Positions 48,721-61,961 of a stretch of DNA of 64,000 bases are shown one piece after another. A program made the position numbers and the translations under genes. Position 1 is the first letter of the stretch, and the number at the start of each line of letters is the position of its first letter. The DNA comes from Octopus vulgaris (lineage: Eukaryota), in the NCBI GenBank assembly GCA_951406725.2, contig OX597829.1:39308001-39372000 (forward strand), written 5' to 3'. Under the pieces are notes generated by a model that saw only the letters and a program-made list of their open reading frames with translations, had not been told where the DNA came from and made no database searches.

Positions 48721-50048
48721 ATATATATATATCTTGATCTGGCAGTTTCTACAGCTGGATGCCCTTCCTAATGCCAACCACTCCGAGAGTGTAGTGGGTG
48801 GTTTTTACATGCCAGTCAGGCGGTACTGGCAATGACCTTGCTCAAATCTTTTTACACATGCCACCAGCACAGGTGCCAGTAAGGCGACTTTGGTAACAAT
48901 CACGCTCAAATGGTACCCTTTTACGTGTCACCGGCACAGAAGCCAGTTGGCTGCTCTGGCAACGATCAGATGTAGTATGTAAAAGAGGAAACTGTATTTG
49001 TATGGGCATGTTGGTGAAAATAGCCTATATAAAGAAGTGCTTATTATTCACAGTGGATGGAAGTAGTGGAAGAAGACCAAAAAGATGTGGCATGAAATGA
49101 TGAGTACCAATCTTAGGAAATTTAGCCTCATGGAGGAGACAATAAATGAGTTGATTGGTGATATGCAACATTTGAGAAGAACCTCTTTGTCTATGTTATT
49201 GCTGAGAAAGTGAGGTTCTGGAAGCATAATATCTATGCATACAATTGAACCTGTCACACCCTATGTGTCTGTCAAGCCTTCGGCTGCTGCCCTTTCCTCA
49301 TCCTCTCATCCTCCACCACTCTTCTAACTATTACATTATGCTAATGCAGAAATTAAGTGAGAGCAGAATTAGACATCATCATCCCTTTCTGTGCAACCAG
49401 TTATCTCACCCTCTTCCTTGAACCACATCTTTGTTATACTTGTCCTTCATTCGTACTCTCTTCTTGTGGAGGTGTGTTCTTACAATTTGTCAGCCTCATT
49501 TTTATCTCTCTTTCCACTTCTACCCCAATTATCTTTGTCCTTATATTATACAAAATAGCCACGTATCTCTTCTCCTATAACCAATCTATTCCTGTCCCAT
49601 TTATCATACACCAAGCGTCTCCTTCTCAATGATTCTCCCATTTGGTCGAAAAGCTTCTTTAGTCTTGTCAATTACATGGTGACCTCACTAGTGCTGGTGC
49701 CAAGAAAAAAAAAATATATATATATATATAAAAAAAGGAATTAGTACACGCACTAAAGTGGTTGATATTATGAAAGAAGGCATCCAGCCATTGAAACCAA
49801 ACCAAAACAGAGATACTGAATAAAATGTTGTCCACAGATCTGTTGATCCACCAAACCAATGCCAGCTTGGAAGATAGACATGTAATGATGATGATGATAT
49901 ATATGTGTGTGTGTGTGTGTATTCATGTGTTACTGTCTCCTTGGCTTATCATCTCATGACTGCTGTCAATGAGTACCATTGGTATGCAAGAAGTGTCATT
50001 CATTTTACAATCTCCTGTGAATATTACCTTCATTGCATATATACATAT

Positions 50049-50471
50049 CCTCTTTTACTCTTTTCAGTCATTAGACTGCGGCCATGCTGGAGCACTGCCT
50101 TTAGTCGAGCAAATTGACCTCAAGACTTATTGTTTATAAGCCTGGTACGTTTTCTATTGGCCCCTTTTGCTGAACTGCTAAGTTATGGGGATGTGAACGC
50201 ACCAGCATCAGTTGTCAAGCGATGTTTAGTGGGGTGCACAAGCACAGACATACAAACACACACACATACACATATATACACACACACACACATATATATA
50301 TATATACATACAACAGGCTTCTTTCAGTTTCTGTCTACTAAATCCATTCACAAGGCTTTGGTTGGCCTGCGGCTATAGTAGAAAGCTCTTGCCCAAGGTG
50401 CTATGCAGTGGGACTGAACCCGGAAGTATGTGGTTAGTAAGCAAGCTACTTACCACATAGGCACTCCTGCA
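50049..50471 (-). mobile_element. SINE family B, full length
   Basis: Collinear with 10701-11117 from the GCAGGAGTG head to the TAAAAGAG tail. Confidence 0.85.
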
Positions 50472-50473
50472 CG

Positions 50474-50503
<30 letters not shown>

Positions 50504-50504
<1 letters not shown>

Positions 50505-50724
50505 TTTATTTTAAGCAGCAGAAAATTCAACAAAATCTGTTACTCTGAGTTTCTCGTTGCCGTTCATCAGACAGTTTTTCAAAAACTGTCTGATGAACGG
50601 CAACAGAAACTCAGAGTAACAGATTTTGTTGAATTTTCTGCTGCTTAAAATAAAGCATATTACTCTACCACTGGTATTTGAGTACTCTTTTTTCCACCTT
50701 GTTTCACATTTATGTGTTTACTCC

Positions 50725-50728
<4 letters not shown>
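50504..50728 (+). mobile_element. Fold-back mini-element with a hammerhead motif on both strands; PLE-like
   Basis: Arms 50504-50579 / 50581-50655 (1-nt loop, one indel), then a unique 3' extension of about 70 nt; flanked by (TA)n. Confidence 0.75.
50586..50622 (+). ncRNA. Candidate minimal type-I hammerhead ribozyme (mirror copy on the minus strand at 50537-50574)
   Basis: CTGT-CTGATGA-ACGGCAAC(G)A-GAAA-CTCAGAG-TA-ACAG: stem I CUGU/ACAG, stem II CG-GCAA-CG in the minus copy, near-palindromic helix III, GUA cleavage triplet. Confidence 0.7.
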
Positions 50729-50776
<48 letters not shown>

Positions 50777-51048
50777 CCTGATACTTACTCAATCAGTTTA
50801 TTTTGCCGAACCGCTAAGTTAAGGGGATGTAAACACGCCAACACTAATTGTCAAGCCGTGGTGGAGGACAAACAGACACACACACACGACAGGCTTCTCT
50901 CAGTTTCCGTCAACCAAATCAACTTAAAAGGCTTCGTTTGGCCCGAGACTATAGGAAACTTGCCTGAGATACCATACAGTGGGACCGAACCGGGGACCAT
51001 GTGTTTGGGAAGCATGCTTCTTATACAGCCACGTTTGCGCCTATATGC

Positions 51049-51211
51049 ACGTCTGCCGTTACGTTGTGAGTTCAAATTCCGCCGAGGTCGACTTTGCCTT
51101 TCATCCTTTCGGGGTCGATAAATTAAGTACCAGTTACGCACTGGGGTCGATGTAATCGACTTAATCCGTTTGTCTGTCCTTGTTTGTCCCCTTGTGGCCA
51201 ATAAAGAAATA
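51049..51211 (+). mobile_element. SINE-A, headless
   Basis: B-box, central domain and AATAAAGAAATA end. Confidence 0.85.
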
Positions 51212-52606
51212 TATATATGCATATGATACATTAATGTATAAGTGTATCTCTCTTTCTGTATACACACATGCGCCCGCGTGCATGTATACACACGCGCACA
51301 CAAACGTGTATTTGTGAACCTCACCTAACATCATTTTAGCGGTATGTTCTGGTGCATGGCATTCGCTATAGTGCTGTGAAATAAACAACAGGTGGAGACT
51401 ACAATGCTATTACTGCTGCTTATATTATTACAGAAGGAAAATGACGGTTCTAAGTAACACATAAAAATTTAAAAATTATATATTTATTCACTCTTGACTC
51501 TCATGACACATCGAATTATATTAGATTATAAATCAAGGCTGGTATTAGACTGTATTATATTATAATTTAGAATAATATATTTTTATATGTTAGTAGGAAA
51601 GGCAGGTTTATTGTTCACAGTAACCGAGTTAAGTCGCATATGACCATTACATAATACAATAACCAACATAAGATCCTAACGTATAATAAGGTACGGTGAA
51701 TCATCTTGTCTCTGATATCGAAAAGCAAACAAGAACAAAAAAATGGGGCTAACGGCCGTTTGACCTATCGATCTTTCTTTTCAGTTATGACTCACTAGGG
51801 GCTGAATAATGACAGCTTCGTTTGTATGTCTATAAGAAACTTAGATTCTATCTTTCAAAACTATTTAAATTATGCTTGTACGTACATAAGAAGCAAAATT
51901 TAAATTCATTAAGATTGGTTTGGGCACATAGTTTAGTACATCACGACTCACCTGAATTTGAACTTACAAGCCAGTGAGAGAATATCTACGCAAGTAATAG
52001 CAGCTAAATCTACCTCAGAACGCCTTCCGTCACTGCCTTAGAAAATGACACGTTGGAGAATATTATGTCGAGTGTACCCTGTAGATTGGGGGGGAAAAAA
52101 AAAGACCACCACCACCACCACCACATCTACCACTAAAGGGGTAGTCACGACTGAATGCCCTTGATCGAAGGTCCACTCGATCAAGACTGATATAGGTTAA
52201 ACGACAGTAACACACTTTTAAATATACACACAAGCGTGTTTAGATATTTTGTATTGATAATTGCTTAGTCGACACGTTGCTAAGTTGACACGTTGCTTTT
52301 TCTACAGAAAAAAACAACAACAACAAAAAAAAAAATCTGCCATCATCATCAGCACCAGTATCACTACAAAGAATAACTTTTAGTTTAGTCCCAAGTCAAC
52401 CCCGATCGAGCAGACCTTTGATTAAAGGAATTCCAGCTGTGACCATTCCGATTTTCTTAATATCAAAGACTACATTACATAACACGCCCTTTTCTTAAAC
52501 ACTTAATGTAAGGACTATTGGCAACTGTTATTATTATTATTTTTTTTGCACGGTCAGCGCTGTTGTGCAGGTCCCATCTTCTTGGTTCGATTCCCACCTC
52601 GTCTCT

Positions 52607-52646
<40 letters not shown>

Positions 52647-53169
52647 TGTGTACAGTGCTCAGGTGCACTACAACTCATCTAAAGTGTATATATAATCAGG
52701 TGTAGTTTCGGCGGATTTTGGGAAAGCATGAGGGCCTTAAAGGATGCAGTGTCATGGCAGTCAACAAATGACGGTCTCAACGCTTATAATTTTGCTTCAC
52801 TGTCATAATTTCTGTCTTGTGTTACCGGCACCCACAAGGAATGAAAGAAAGAAAAAGTGAAGAAAAGGGAGAAAAAGAAAGAAAGAAAGAGAGGAGGGGG
52901 GACGACGACTGCTTGAAATAGAGGAAGTGATAGAGAACTAAACCAAAACACCAAAATGCCACAGATTTAACTCGTCATATGTAGCATCTCCTTAGACAAT
53001 TTTTGGAATTTCCTTGTTCTCAACCAGCGCTTTGACAGTCTCACGAACCTAGCTGGGGTGAGAAAACCCATAATTAACAATACCAAACTGATTGGGGGTG
53101 GGGGGAAACGATATAGTTCGTTCAACAATTGAATAAAAAACAGTTTTATGCAATAGTTCCTGATTTAAA

Positions 53170-53253
<84 letters not shown>

Positions 53254-53489
53254 GACATACACACGTGTATGTATGTGGGTGGGTGTTGGTAATATATCCT
53301 GGTTAAACGCACACACAATTATATATGCATGTGTGTACGTGTGAGCGTGCTTTGTGATATATTGTTTAAAGACAGCTTTCTTCTTTTCGAAATATCTTCC
53401 TTCGTTATGACAAGATCCGCAACTATATTGTGATGACCACCCACAACTAACATCAACACTTAATCGCCAATACACTACTCCCACTACAC

Positions 53490-53897
53490 ATCTATTACTA
53501 CTATTACTACTACTACTACTTTTACCGTAATTACTTCCAATACAACTATTACTACCACTGTACACTTCCGCTTCCCCCACCCTACCACTACTACCATCAC
53601 CTTCTTCACCAACGCAACCACCACCACCACCACCACCACCACTACCACTACCACTGCCATACTCCCCCCTCATTCACAACTACTACTACTACTACTACTA
53701 CGATCGCAACTACCATCATCACGACATACTCCCACTCTTCCCCCTTCACCACCATTACTACTACTACTACTACTACTACTACTACCGATTTTGTCGCCTC
53801 CACCACCACCACTACCACCACCATCAATACACCACCACCACCACCACTACCAACAACATTACCGCTATTCCTACCACCACTACATACCCTCCCGTTT

Positions 53898-53933
<36 letters not shown>

Positions 53934-54020
53934 ACTACTACTACTTCTACTACCACCACCACCACCACCACCACCACTACCACTACTATTGCTATTACTG
54001 TTGTTGCTACTACTACTGCT
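53490..54020. repeat. (CTA)n/(CCA)n/(CT)n low-complexity region, probable 5' UTR or proximal upstream region
   Basis: Seen directly; lies immediately 5' of the ATG at 54124. Confidence 0.85.
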
Positions 54021-54123
54021 ACAATTTACTGCGGTAACCCTCCTCCTTTTTCCATTTCCTCTTTCTCCTCCTCTCCTTTTCTATTCGGCAACCATCGCCG
54101 CCTCTATCGTTTCCCATAGTGCG

Positions 54124-54296
54124 ATGTCTACAGCTGAAATGGGAACACACACTAGGATTTGGGTGCTGCTCATTGTTTTGTCACTTTCGACCACAAACCT
54201 AATAAATTTCTTCATACAAGCAGAGAAATACTCCAACTTGCATTCTTCGACATTGTCCGAGACAAACACGAACAGTCACAGTAGTAGTAGTAGTAG

Positions 54297-54330
<34 letters not shown>

Positions 54331-54577
54331 AATAATAATAATAAACATCACAATAACAATCATAATCATAACAATAATAATAATAATAATAATGATAATA
54401 GGTACGTAAATAGTGGTGATAATAACGATAGTGTCAGCAAAAGGTCCCAAAACCAAAACCCTTCACCTAATGGAATATTTGTAAACGGAGTACCATCGAA
54501 CCCTACCGGCTCTAAACACCAGTCCACGGCGTCTACTAAGAAGAAACTAGAGGACTTTAAAGAATACGACTGTCCAG
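54124..54577 (+). CDS. First coding exon of a secreted or type-I membrane protein (signal peptide, poly-Ser/Asn linker, ending EYDCP; possibly an LRR N-terminal cap)
   Basis: ATG at 54124 or GAAATGG at 54139; hydrophobic RIWVLLIVLSLSTTNLINFFIQA with a plausible IQA|EK cleavage; open frame through non-repetitive sequence; consensus donor CAG|GTAAGA at 54577/54578 (phase 1), after which the sequence becomes intron-like. Confidence 0.75.
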
Positions 54578-54732
54578 GTAAGAATGAGAAGGAAAAGAAA
54601 AATAACAAAAAAAAAACAGAGGAAATATAGAAATGTGCTCTTTATTTATCTGTTTTTAATTTTATCTTATCTATTTCTCTCTGATTGTGTATCGTCTATC
54701 TATCACTATGTCCATCTATCCGTCTTTTTTGT

Positions 54733-54770
<38 letters not shown>

Positions 54771-54791
54771 GTCTGTCCATCTATCTATCTG

Positions 54792-54870
<79 letters not shown>

Positions 54871-54926
54871 GTCTGTCCATCTATCTATCTATCTGTCTGT
54901 CCATCTATCTATCTATCTGTCTGTCC

Positions 54927-55014
<88 letters not shown>

Positions 55015-55111
55015 GTCTGTCTGTCTGTCTGTCCATCTATCTGTCTATCTATCTATCTATTTATCTATCTATATATCTATCTATCTATCTGTCTGTCCAT
55101 CTATCTGTCTG

Positions 55112-55150
<39 letters not shown>

Positions 55151-55215
55151 GTCTGTATCTATCTATCTATCTGTCTGTCCATCTATCTATCTATCTGTCT
55201 GTCCATCTATCTATC

Positions 55216-55263
<48 letters not shown>

Positions 55264-55265
55264 CT
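54733..55265. repeat. (TATC)n/(TGTC)n microsatellite in the presumed intron 1
   Basis: Seen directly; source of the YLSI pseudo-ORFs. Confidence 0.98.
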
Positions 55266-56175
55266 ATCTGTTTGTCTTTTCGTTTTATCTATTTGTCTAT
55301 CCATTTTTTGTCTATCCTTCTATCTTTTTATCCCTCTGTTCATCCTTCCTTCCATCTCTCTTTCTCTCTTTCTTTCTTTCTCCTTTTATTCACTATCATT
55401 TCCCATCTATCCGGCTAGACATCTATCTGTCTATACATCCATCAGCTTGCCTACCCATGTATCAAACTCTATCCCTCTTCAAACATACACACCCTTTTAA
55501 AATACACCAGGTAAGGGACGATGTACTGAATGGTGTACGCAAAAACAAAAACAAAAGAAAACCCACTTCAATCAACGGAAATTTGTCTCTTTTGTTCGAT
55601 TCTAAATTGTCTATTCGTTGAGATTGTCAATTTAAACTTAATAAAGAAAACATTATGCATTTTGGAAAAAGCACGTGTAAATAATATACATGTGTGTATA
55701 CCTTAATACGTCTAAATGGTTGATGTCTTATACATACATGAATTCTGCTTACATGTGTGTTTAATATATGTTAACTGCAATATCTTCTTTCAGTATAATA
55801 TAACGTGTATGTGTGTACACTCAATGGATGTATAATGAACTAACGCACAGGATATTTTATTATGAGTTGCTCTTCAAAACAAGTATATGAATAATTGCTT
55901 TCGCTTACAAATGTCTAGGTTTTTTTGTTTTGTTTTTGTGCATAATTGCACTGTTTTAAACACACATGCGTTTTACACACCCTCAATGTGTGTGTGTGTT
56001 GGTTAGTCTTTGAGGTTATCTTCTCTGTAATTATCGAAATGTTCTGTCAGACGCGAAATTCAGTATTGGCTGAAATCTATAAGATGAAAGAAAATAAATA
56101 TGAACTGTTTCTTGGCAAGGTATTTCCGTGTGTGCTGCAGTTTGTCTCTATTTCTAGTTATGGTTCATCGCTGTC

Positions 56176-56212
<37 letters not shown>

Positions 56213-56269
56213 AACACGCACAACTAACTGCTTATCATTTATGCACTTTATATCCTCCTACACGCATGA

Positions 56270-56302
<33 letters not shown>

Positions 56303-56613
56303 TGCAAGACACCTTCAAAGATATTCATTCATATAATAAACACGCGCACACTCTCGCACATACATGAGTGCAAATATAAGCATAGAGAGAGAGAGAGAAA
56401 GAGGTTTTGATAAATATACACATAACCATATACATGTAGGTATATAAATATATATATATTATCATAAGAGATAATATACACGTTAAACTAAAATATCGTT
56501 TGAAGACATATACACTTTCATCGGGTTAATTTTATGTGCATTTTCTGTCGCAACTCCTACACCGCATTTCCTCTTTAATAACTTATCTCGATTGTGAATG
56601 GGAAAATAATACC

Positions 56614-56867
56614 TATTTCTTTATTACCCACAAGGGGCTAAACACAGAGGGGACAAACAAGGACAAACATAGGTATTAAGTCGATTACATCGACCCCAGT
56701 GCGTAACTGGTACTTAATTTATCGATCCCGAAAGGATGAAAGGCAAAGTCGATCTCGGCGGAATTTGAACTCACAACGTAACGCAGACGAAATACCGTTA
56801 AGCATTTCGCCCGGCGTGCTAACGTTTCTGCCAGCTCGTTGCCTAGATAGATAGATAGATAGATATG

Positions 56868-56909
<42 letters not shown>

Positions 56910-56951
56910 TGTAGATAGATAGATAGATAGATATGTAGATAGATAGATATG

Positions 56952-56985
<34 letters not shown>

Positions 56986-57041
56986 TGTAGATAGATAGAT
57001 ATGTAGAGAAATAGATAGATATGTAGAGAGATAGATAGATA
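56614..57041 (-). mobile_element. SINE-A (56614-56843) plus a 5' (TATC)n tract inside an 18-bp TSD
   Basis: GAATGGGAAAATAATACC at 56596-56613 and 57042-57059. Confidence 0.88.
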
Positions 57042-58974
57042 GAATGGGAAAATAATACCAACGATTTGTGTGTATGTGTGTGTGTGTCACAGGTATGCAC
57101 GTGTCTATGTGAATTAATTTGTGAAATTTTAATGAAGTCAGAAAGGACGGGGTGGATAGCACAGTTCTGCGGAAAACCCATGGTTCCTCATGTTCGCAAT
57201 ATTCGCCATAATAACATTCTCCCCCCCCCCCACCTTTCCCGCCCTCCACGACCAACTAACTTCATTGCTGTCTTGGTGAAACCCCTTTCGGATAAATATT
57301 CTCAATGTGCGTACTATTATTCCCGCACATTGCCGCGCTATACACTCAGTAGTCGTGCCTGTGTGGTCTGTGTGTGTATGTGTGAGTGATTGAATTGTTA
57401 TTGATTATCGATCGACTTGTACCAATAGAAAGCTTTCTTTTGTGCTAATTGAAAAGCATATTTTTCTTTCCCCTTCTTCAAATAGATGGAGTGGGTAAAA
57501 ATTGACGCTTCTTCGGTCTAACACATGGTCGTTCATATGTTCAGCATATATGTTTTCTCCGCATTTCATGTGCGTAAACATTCATAATGTGACGGTGAAA
57601 GTCCTCTTTTATATTGATTTCCCCACCTTCTAATAATTTATATTTGAGCTAGCTTCATGTTAAAATGTGCCCACGCTTTTTTTTCTTTTTTTTTTCGATA
57701 TTCCGTATTTCACTTACTTTGCACAAAATGGAAAATTCCTTCCTTATATATCTAGTACCGGTACTATCTTCCTACCACTTATTAATGTATGAAGTTTATC
57801 AGAAGAATGAAAGAATGATTGAATAACACTATTGTATCTGCAGAGTTGGTTCTAGTGATTTTAAAAAAATTTTTCGCACCGGAGTTCAGATGTACTTCAC
57901 ACATAGAAGATATTAGCATAAATTGTTAGAATATAAAGATACCTTCACAGCAACAACCAGTAATCAATCAAAATTATATATATATATATATATATGCCTA
58001 CGTTATGTCGACTCTTTTCTTGACAAAATACATCTTAAGAAGTGTGTGTGTGTGTTCCTAACGTACTTTCTTTTCCTTGAATAATCTCAATTTATGTTAT
58101 AGACAAGGACCTTGGAAGATAATTGGTTATTATGTATGACAAGTTTTTATTTTTGAATAGAACAAACTGCATACCTAATTGAACTCATTAATGTCCGTTC
58201 TCTGATACATTTTTCGTGACATACAGTGAAAACACCTTTAAAAAAAAAAATTTATTCTTTTGATTAATAACGCCTAAATCCAGAACTGATACAACTGATG
58301 AATGCTTCATTTCTCTTCCTTTCTTCTTTACTTTGTCATTGGTTTTGATCTTGAGGCTGTGGCCGTGACTTTTGCCGGCCCTCTGAGACTAATGAGGTAG
58401 ATACAGGGAGAAATGTCCAGAGGGTTGACGCTCTGAGAATGTAGAACTGGAGTAGAAGTGACACAAGAGTAGCAAGCTCCAATAGTAGAGGATTTTGTAA
58501 TTGCTGTAGATGAGAAAATACATCTAAGATTAGAAGTTTGAAGCGTTGGTGAGCAGCTTCGTACCTTTCTTTTTTAATTTTATTATGGCATGCTTTCCCC
58601 TGATTGCAAATGGTTTGTATTAAATCTCATTAAGATCTGCCAATAACTCTTTTGTCTACTCACAACCTGGCTTATACTTGAGACTAAAATTTGAAGATTC
58701 TTGCTGTTGATTATTGGTGGGCAAGCATCTCTGTAGATTCTCCTTCAGGTAGTAACAATCACACTCAAACTGCATAGCTGTTTAGAAACTGGAAGGACAG
58801 TGGAGAGCATGCACTATATTCAAACTGTGCCATTCAGCACCCTCCATATAGCTGATCATTGACGATCAGGCTACACAGTTATGGTCTTTGTCCCCTTTCT
58901 AGGTGAAGTGGTTGTCGAGCTTAATTGCTTGGCTGGCAGCTCTGTACTGTAGCCCTGCTTAGTCAGAGCTAATC

Positions 58975-59194
58975 TATTTCTTTACTACCCACAAGGGGCT
59001 ACGCACAGAGAGGACAAACAAGGACAGACAAACGGATTAAGTCGATTATATCGACCCTAGTGCGTAACTGGTACTTATTTAATCGACCCCGAAAGGATGA
59101 AAGGCAAAGTCGACCTCGGCGTCGTTTGAACTCAGAACGTAACGGCAGACGAAATACCGCTGAGCATTTTAACCGACGTGCTAACGTTTCTGCC
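58975..59194 (-). mobile_element. SINE-A monomer
   Basis: Same head, core and tail. Confidence 0.9.
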
Positions 59195-59299
59195 AGGGGT
59201 TACCATGTAACAACAGTAACCTACATTATCTTCCCCTTCTACTTCACATTAAATAAAATTCTCAACCTTGAGACCATGGTCACTCCTACATAATAGCTC

Positions 59300-59770
59300 C
59301 AGGCATCCATTAATCATCTTCATATTCCTGCAGGGGTTGTGAGGGATGTCCTCCAGTGGGTTCTGTTAGAAGCATCTTTCAGCAAATGTATTCAGGCTGG
59401 ATCTCCAAATGACAAGTTGATTGGCAATAAATATTATTTTATCCAGCCATCTTGCTTGTGGTCTATCCTTAGGTCTCCTACTAGTTACCCTTGTTCATAA
59501 AAATATACGTCCTGTGATTCTTTCCTCAGATGGTCTAACCACATGTTTGTAGTACTGGAGCTGTGACCTCTCATTCTATAGACACAGTGGCTCAACCTGG
59601 AGTGATTTCCTGATCTCCGAACTATCAAGTAATGTTATTCCAGTGACCCTTCAGAGGAACCCCTTTTCAGCTGTTCACACAATTTTGGTTACTATGCCCA
59701 ATTGATAACTATAGATAAGGGTAGTTATGTTAACTGCACTGAAAATAGCAAGTTTAGCTTTTTCACCTAT
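59300..59770 (-). mobile_element. Old RTE-type LINE C-terminal fragment
   Basis: Minus-strand remnants KAKLAIFSAVNITTLIYS.., RSQLQYYKHVVR, RRPKDRPQARWL. Confidence 0.6.
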
Positions 59771-60761
59771 ATCGTGGCCGATGCTAGCGCCACCTTGACT
59801 GGCTTCTGTGCCAGTGGCATGTAAAAAGCACCGACTGATCGTGGCCGCTGCCAGCCTCCCCTGGCACGTAAAAACCACCCACTACACTCACGGAGTGGTT
59901 GGCATTAGGAAGGGCATCCAGCTGTAGAAACACTGCCAGATCAGATTGGAGCCAGGTGCAGCCTCCTGGCTTCCCAGATCCCGGTGAACTGTCCAACCCA
60001 TGCTAGCATGGAAAACGGACGTTAAACGATGATGATGATGATGATGATCCCTTCTTCCACAATCAAGTGCTACAGCTAGCATGTTATTGCACCAGTGCTA
60101 GCAATTTTTACCACATTTGAGAGTTTTACTTTGCCCTTGTATCTTTGGTCTTTGTGAAGCTGATCTTCACTCCCATGTACACCCGAGGGCGTTATCATGA
60201 TTAAATTTAGAAAACCAGCAAAGTTTCCTCTCTATCTTTCAAGGATGTTCTTCTCTGTAGTAAGAAGAATACTGGATGAGTTCCTGATGGCATGTGTGGA
60301 GGGAGGCCAATTTTTTGTTTTTTATAAATCTAGTGGATGGTCTGCTAGAATACTTCATTTGCTGATTGGAATGCAAATTACCACTTAACCTCAATCAGCA
60401 TCACGCCTGAAGAGTGGAGTTGTCACCTTCCATCCAAATCTATGGTATGGAGCTTTGTAGAAGAAATTCTTGATTATACTTAGCTGGTTAAATTTGGCTG
60501 CTTCTACTTGTTCTTGCTCCTTACCCATAATAGTTGTGATGTTATGGCTACCAATTGCTAGCAGACACTCTCTTTTGAACCCCTTTTTTTGGGGATCCCA
60601 GGACATGCAAACTTTGTGCAATCACCATGTGACTCTTCAGATGTGCTGCCAGCCTATTGCTGGCTCTCCTGGCATTGTTGGGTGGAGACTGCAGTCTTCT
60701 GAATGGACTCTCTGAATTACCTAAGACCTGAATGCATGCCTTGTTATTCTGAGTGAAGAAA

Positions 60762-60825
60762 GCACATTATGGTTACCTGTATGTATTAGATCTGCACATT
60801 ATGGTTACCTGTATGTATTAGATCT
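60762..60825. repeat. Exact 32-bp tandem duplication
   Basis: GCACATTATGGTTACCTGTATGTATTAGATCT x2. Confidence 0.95.
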
Positions 60826-61730
60826 GTCAGTGCAGGTAGCACAATTAGCAACGGGCCTTTTCCAGATATTTCCATTGTTGCCTTCCTCCTGGCTCCATTT
60901 GGGCCATCATGTCCCCGTATGTATCATGTCATACCTCTAACATACTCTAGCCATAATTCAATTTTGTTGATGTTATTTATGCCACTCACCTGCTTGATTT
61001 TTTTTTTTTGTCTTATTCATGAAGACTTGGCCTTATTTAGATGTAGTCTCCATTTTGTCATCTTTACATTGTTGGTTGTGTGTGTTTCCAAGAGTCAACA
61101 ATGTGTCATCTTCTCTGGTACACATTTGGCCCTTGGTGGTTTTATTCATCTGGCTAGGTATAACACTTACATTGCAACAAATTGCAGTATTTGGTGGACA
61201 TGTCACTATTCATTACCTGTGACCTGTTCCATAGCTCTGCTGAGAAACATGATCATTCAACTAGCTAAAAACAGCAGTCATATATCTCTCAAACTACTCT
61301 CTCTGCCATCCTAAAAAGGACATATTGAATGATATAGAAATATGAGGGTCTGCTGAAAAGTTCTTGGTTTTGGGTAAAAGAAAATACAGAGGATCAGTTA
61401 ATTCTGATTTTATTCAACATGTGCGTGGTCGTTGCTAGTGCTGCTGGACTGGCTATCATGCAGGTAGTACATTAAAAACACCTTTTGAGCATGGCCGTTG
61501 CCAGAATCGCCTGACTGGCCCTCATGCCGGTGGCACATAAAAGCACCCACTACACTCTCGGAGTGGTTGGCATTTGGAAGGGCATCCAGCTGTAGAAACT
61601 TTGCTAGATCAGATTGAGCCTCGTGCAGTCTTCTGGCTCACCAGTCCTCAGTCAAACCATCCAACCCATGCCAGCATGGAAAGCGGATGTTAAACGACGA
61701 TTCTCCTCTCAGTATCCGTGTGGTAAGAAG

Positions 61731-61961
61731 GGTGGCAAGCTGGCAGAAACGTTGGCATGCCAGGCGAAATACTTAGCAGTATTTCGTCTGCGGTTACATT
61801 CTGAGTTCAAATTCCACCGAGGTTGACTTTGCCTTTCATCCTTTCGTGGTCGGTAAATTAAATACCAGTTATGCACTGGGGTCGATGTAATCGACTTAAT
61901 CCCTTTGTCTGTCTTTGTTTGTCCCCTCTGTGTTGAGCCCCTTGTGGGCAATAAAGAAATA
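61731..61961 (+). mobile_element. SINE-A monomer inserted in a SINE-B head
   Basis: Flanks GTGTGGTAAGAAG ... AAGCAGCTTGCTTCCCAAC rebuild the family-B head. Confidence 0.85.

Noticed and set aside
53146-54123. Poly-P/H/L extension of ORF 53791-54630 and the antisense poly-V/G ORFs
   Set aside because: Trinucleotide repeats with a non-ATG start; the credible start is the ATG at 54124 or 54139 before the signal peptide.
55505-55520. CAG|GTAAGG as a second donor of the 54-kb gene
   Set aside because: No supportable acceptor and coding frame upstream; preceded by microsatellite-derived sequence.
54584-55621. 345-, 271- and 243-aa YLSI-repeat ORFs
   Set aside because: (TATC)n microsatellite downstream of a consensus splice donor; intronic.
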